Of a DNA stretch of 64,000 nt, positions 61,590-64,000 are shown one piece after another. The first letter of the stretch is position 1. Every line of letters begins with the position of its first letter. The notes below the pieces were generated by a model. That model saw nothing but the letters and a program-made list of their open reading frames with translations. It did not search any database and had not been told where the DNA came from. This DNA comes from Octopus sinensis (lineage: Eukaryota): positions 92,256,001 to 92,320,000 of the forward strand of contig NC_043003.1 in the NCBI RefSeq assembly GCF_006345805.1, given 5' to 3'. Both the position numbers and the translations under genes were made by a program.

Positions 61590-64000
61590 ATACTATATAT
61601 GTTGGACAACATGTCGGGGGCTTCCATGGCATACATGGAGGCTATGGTTTTGGCTCTCGCAATGAAGAGGGAACCAGGCTGCTGGAGTTCTTTGACGCAA
61701 ATGATCTTATGGTTTGCAACACTAACTTCAGAAAACCTTCCTGCCACTTAGTCACCTACCGCTCTGGCAGACACACTAGTCAGATCGACAACATCCTCAC
61801 CAGAAAAAGGGAAAGATGGCTGCTTATAAATGCCAAAACCTTCCCAGGCGAAGAATGTACCCCACAACATAGACTAGTAGTTAGTGACTTCAGGATCAGG
61901 GCTAAATGGATGCCCAGAAGACGACCATCAAGGAGAAGAAAGGTCTGGAGACTTAAAGATCCTGCAAATGGACAGAGATTTAGAGACATATTACTCAAAG
62001 CCTTTGACGAAATAGAAGGGGATATAGCTTCACATGGTATAGAAGTCAACTGGAGGTTCCTACAGGACAACCTGCTAAGGGCCACCGACCAGATCTGTGG
62101 ATGGTGCAAAGTCCCCTCCCGACCCAAAATAACGTGGTGGTTGAACAATGTTGTTGACAGGGCTATTAGACAAAAGAAACAGGCTTGGAAGGACTGGAAG
62201 AACGGTGGTAGCAGGGAAGTGTATCAGACTGCCAGAAGGGAAGCTAGGAGGCAGGTATATTTAGCCAGAGGGGAAGCAGATAAGAAAAGGTTTGCCAAAG
62301 TTCTGCGCCGTGAGGACGAAAGATTTGAGGTATTTCGTGTTGCAAGATAGTGTGTGAGAGAGAATCGTGATGTGGTAGGAGAGAAATGTGTTCGCATGGA
62401 TGATGGTTCACTTGCGCTGAATGAGGATGCAAAGAGAGAGGTTTGGCGACACCACTATGAAAGGTTGCTGAATAAGGAAAATGAGAGTCTGCCGAACGTC
62501 GACCCAACAGAGGGACCAGCTATCTGAGTTGACAGTTCCTAGGTAGTTAAGGCAATTAGAAGCATGAAAACAGGGAAAGCCCCAGGCCCATCAGGAATTA
62601 CTGCAGAGATGCTCAAAATATCTGGCAATGTCGGCTATAGCCTAGTCACCCGTATAGTTAACCAGGTGATACATGAAGGAGTCATACCCAATAACTGATG
62701 TAGCAGCATAATAGTCAACTGCTACAAAAGTAAAGGTGACGCTTTAGATACAAATAATTACAGAGGTATCAAGCTGTTGAATCAGGTAATGAAGGTTACG
62801 GAGAGGGTCATAGCCCAACTGATTAGGGAGAGAGTCAGCTTGGATGAGATGCAGTTTGGTTTCGTGCCAGGGGAAAAGCACCACTGATGCCATATTTCTG
62901 GTAAGACAGCTGCAGGAGAAATACCTAGCCTAAGATAAACCTCTGTACCTGGCTTTTGTTGACATGGAGAAAGCCTTTGACAGGGTCCCCCGATCCCTTA
63001 TCTAGTGGTCAATGAGGAAACTAGGGATAGATGAATGGTTAGTGAGAGCTGTGCAAAGCATGTACAGGGACGCTGTAAGTAAGGTGAGGGTTGGCAACGA
63101 GTACACTGAAGAATTCAAGGTAGACGTAGGGGTCCACCAAGGTTCAGTTCTCAGCCCCCTCCTATTTATCATAGTCATCCAAGCAATAACGGGGGAATTC
63201 AAGACAGGATGCCCCTGGGAGCTCCTCTATGCTGATGACCTTGCTCTAATTGCTGAGTCACCATCAGAACTAGAGGCGAAGTTTCAAGTGTGGAAACAAT
63301 GATTAGAATCGAAGGTCCTTAGAATCAACCTAGCTAAAACCAGAGTCTTAATATGTAGGGAGGCAGGCAAACCAAAAATCCCTTCAGGTAGATGGTCCTG
63401 CTCAATCTGTAGTAGAGGTGTAGGTAGAAACTCTATAAGATGCACCCAGTGTAAGCTATGGACACATAAGAGGTGAAGTAACATCAAAGGGAGGCTAACG
63501 GGGGAGATAGTTTTTGTCTGTGGCAGATGCTCAGGAGCAATAAACACTGAAAATGCGCAGAGAACAACTTCCACCACATTCCAGGGAGAAAAACTAGAAG
63601 TGGTTGATAGCTTCCGTTACCTAGATGACCAAAGCAGTAGCAGGGGAGGGTGCACTGAAAGTGTAGCTGCTAGAATAAGAATAGTCTGGGCAAAGTTCAG
63701 AGAGCTCTTACTTCTGCTGGCGACAAAGGGCCTTTCACTCAGTGTAAAAGGTAGACTACGACGCTTGTGTACGAACAGCCATGCAACATGGCAGTGAAAT
63801 ATGGGCTGTGACTGCTGAGGACATGCGTAAGCTCGCGAGGAATGAAGCCAGTACGATCCGATAGATGTATAATGTCAGTGTGCACACTCGACAGAGTGTA
63901 GGTACCTTGAGAGAAAAGTTGGACCTAAGAAGCATCAGATGTGGTGTGCAAGAGAGACAACTGCGCTGGCATGGTCATGTGGCAAGAATGGACGAGGACA
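61590..64000 (+). mobile_element. RTE-clade LINE, 5' truncated, continuing beyond the window
   Basis: GYGFGSRNEEGTRLLEF and SQIDNIL (APE); KAPGPSG; YLAFVDMEKAFDRVP; VGVHQGSVLSPLLF; LLYADDL. Several stops and frameshifts. Confidence 0.93.

Overview
Eukaryotic, AT-rich, repeat-saturated DNA with no host protein-coding gene that I can support. The SINE families and (TA)n/(CA)n/(TACA)n load suggest an octopus or other coleoid cephalopod (inference from recall, not a database match). The main intact element is a young, compact 4.25-kb Ty3/Gypsy LTR retrotransposon (3165-7411) with 262-bp LTRs differing at 3 sites, a CACAT target-site duplication and an open pol. It sits inside a decayed Tc1/mariner (maT-type) element. 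Its primer-binding site is unusual: instead of the TGG... complement of a tRNA 3' end, the 12 nt after the 5' LTR are the exact reverse complement of the first 12 nt of metazoan tRNA-Phe, suggesting priming by a 5' tRNA fragment. It also has a candidate -1 frameshift signal. The window further contains: a non-autonomous LTR element with repeated tRNA-Trp PBS-like motifs; several unrelated minimal hammerhead ribozyme motifs linked to Penelope-like elements, one inside a tRNA-headed SINE; a Transib/RAG1-like transposase remnant; an inverted pair of R2-like fragments outside rDNA; RTE and R4-like LINE relics; mariner and maT copies, MITEs, non-autonomous Helitrons and many SINEs. Most ORFs in the supplied track are microsatellite artefacts. 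All alignments and translations were done by eye.
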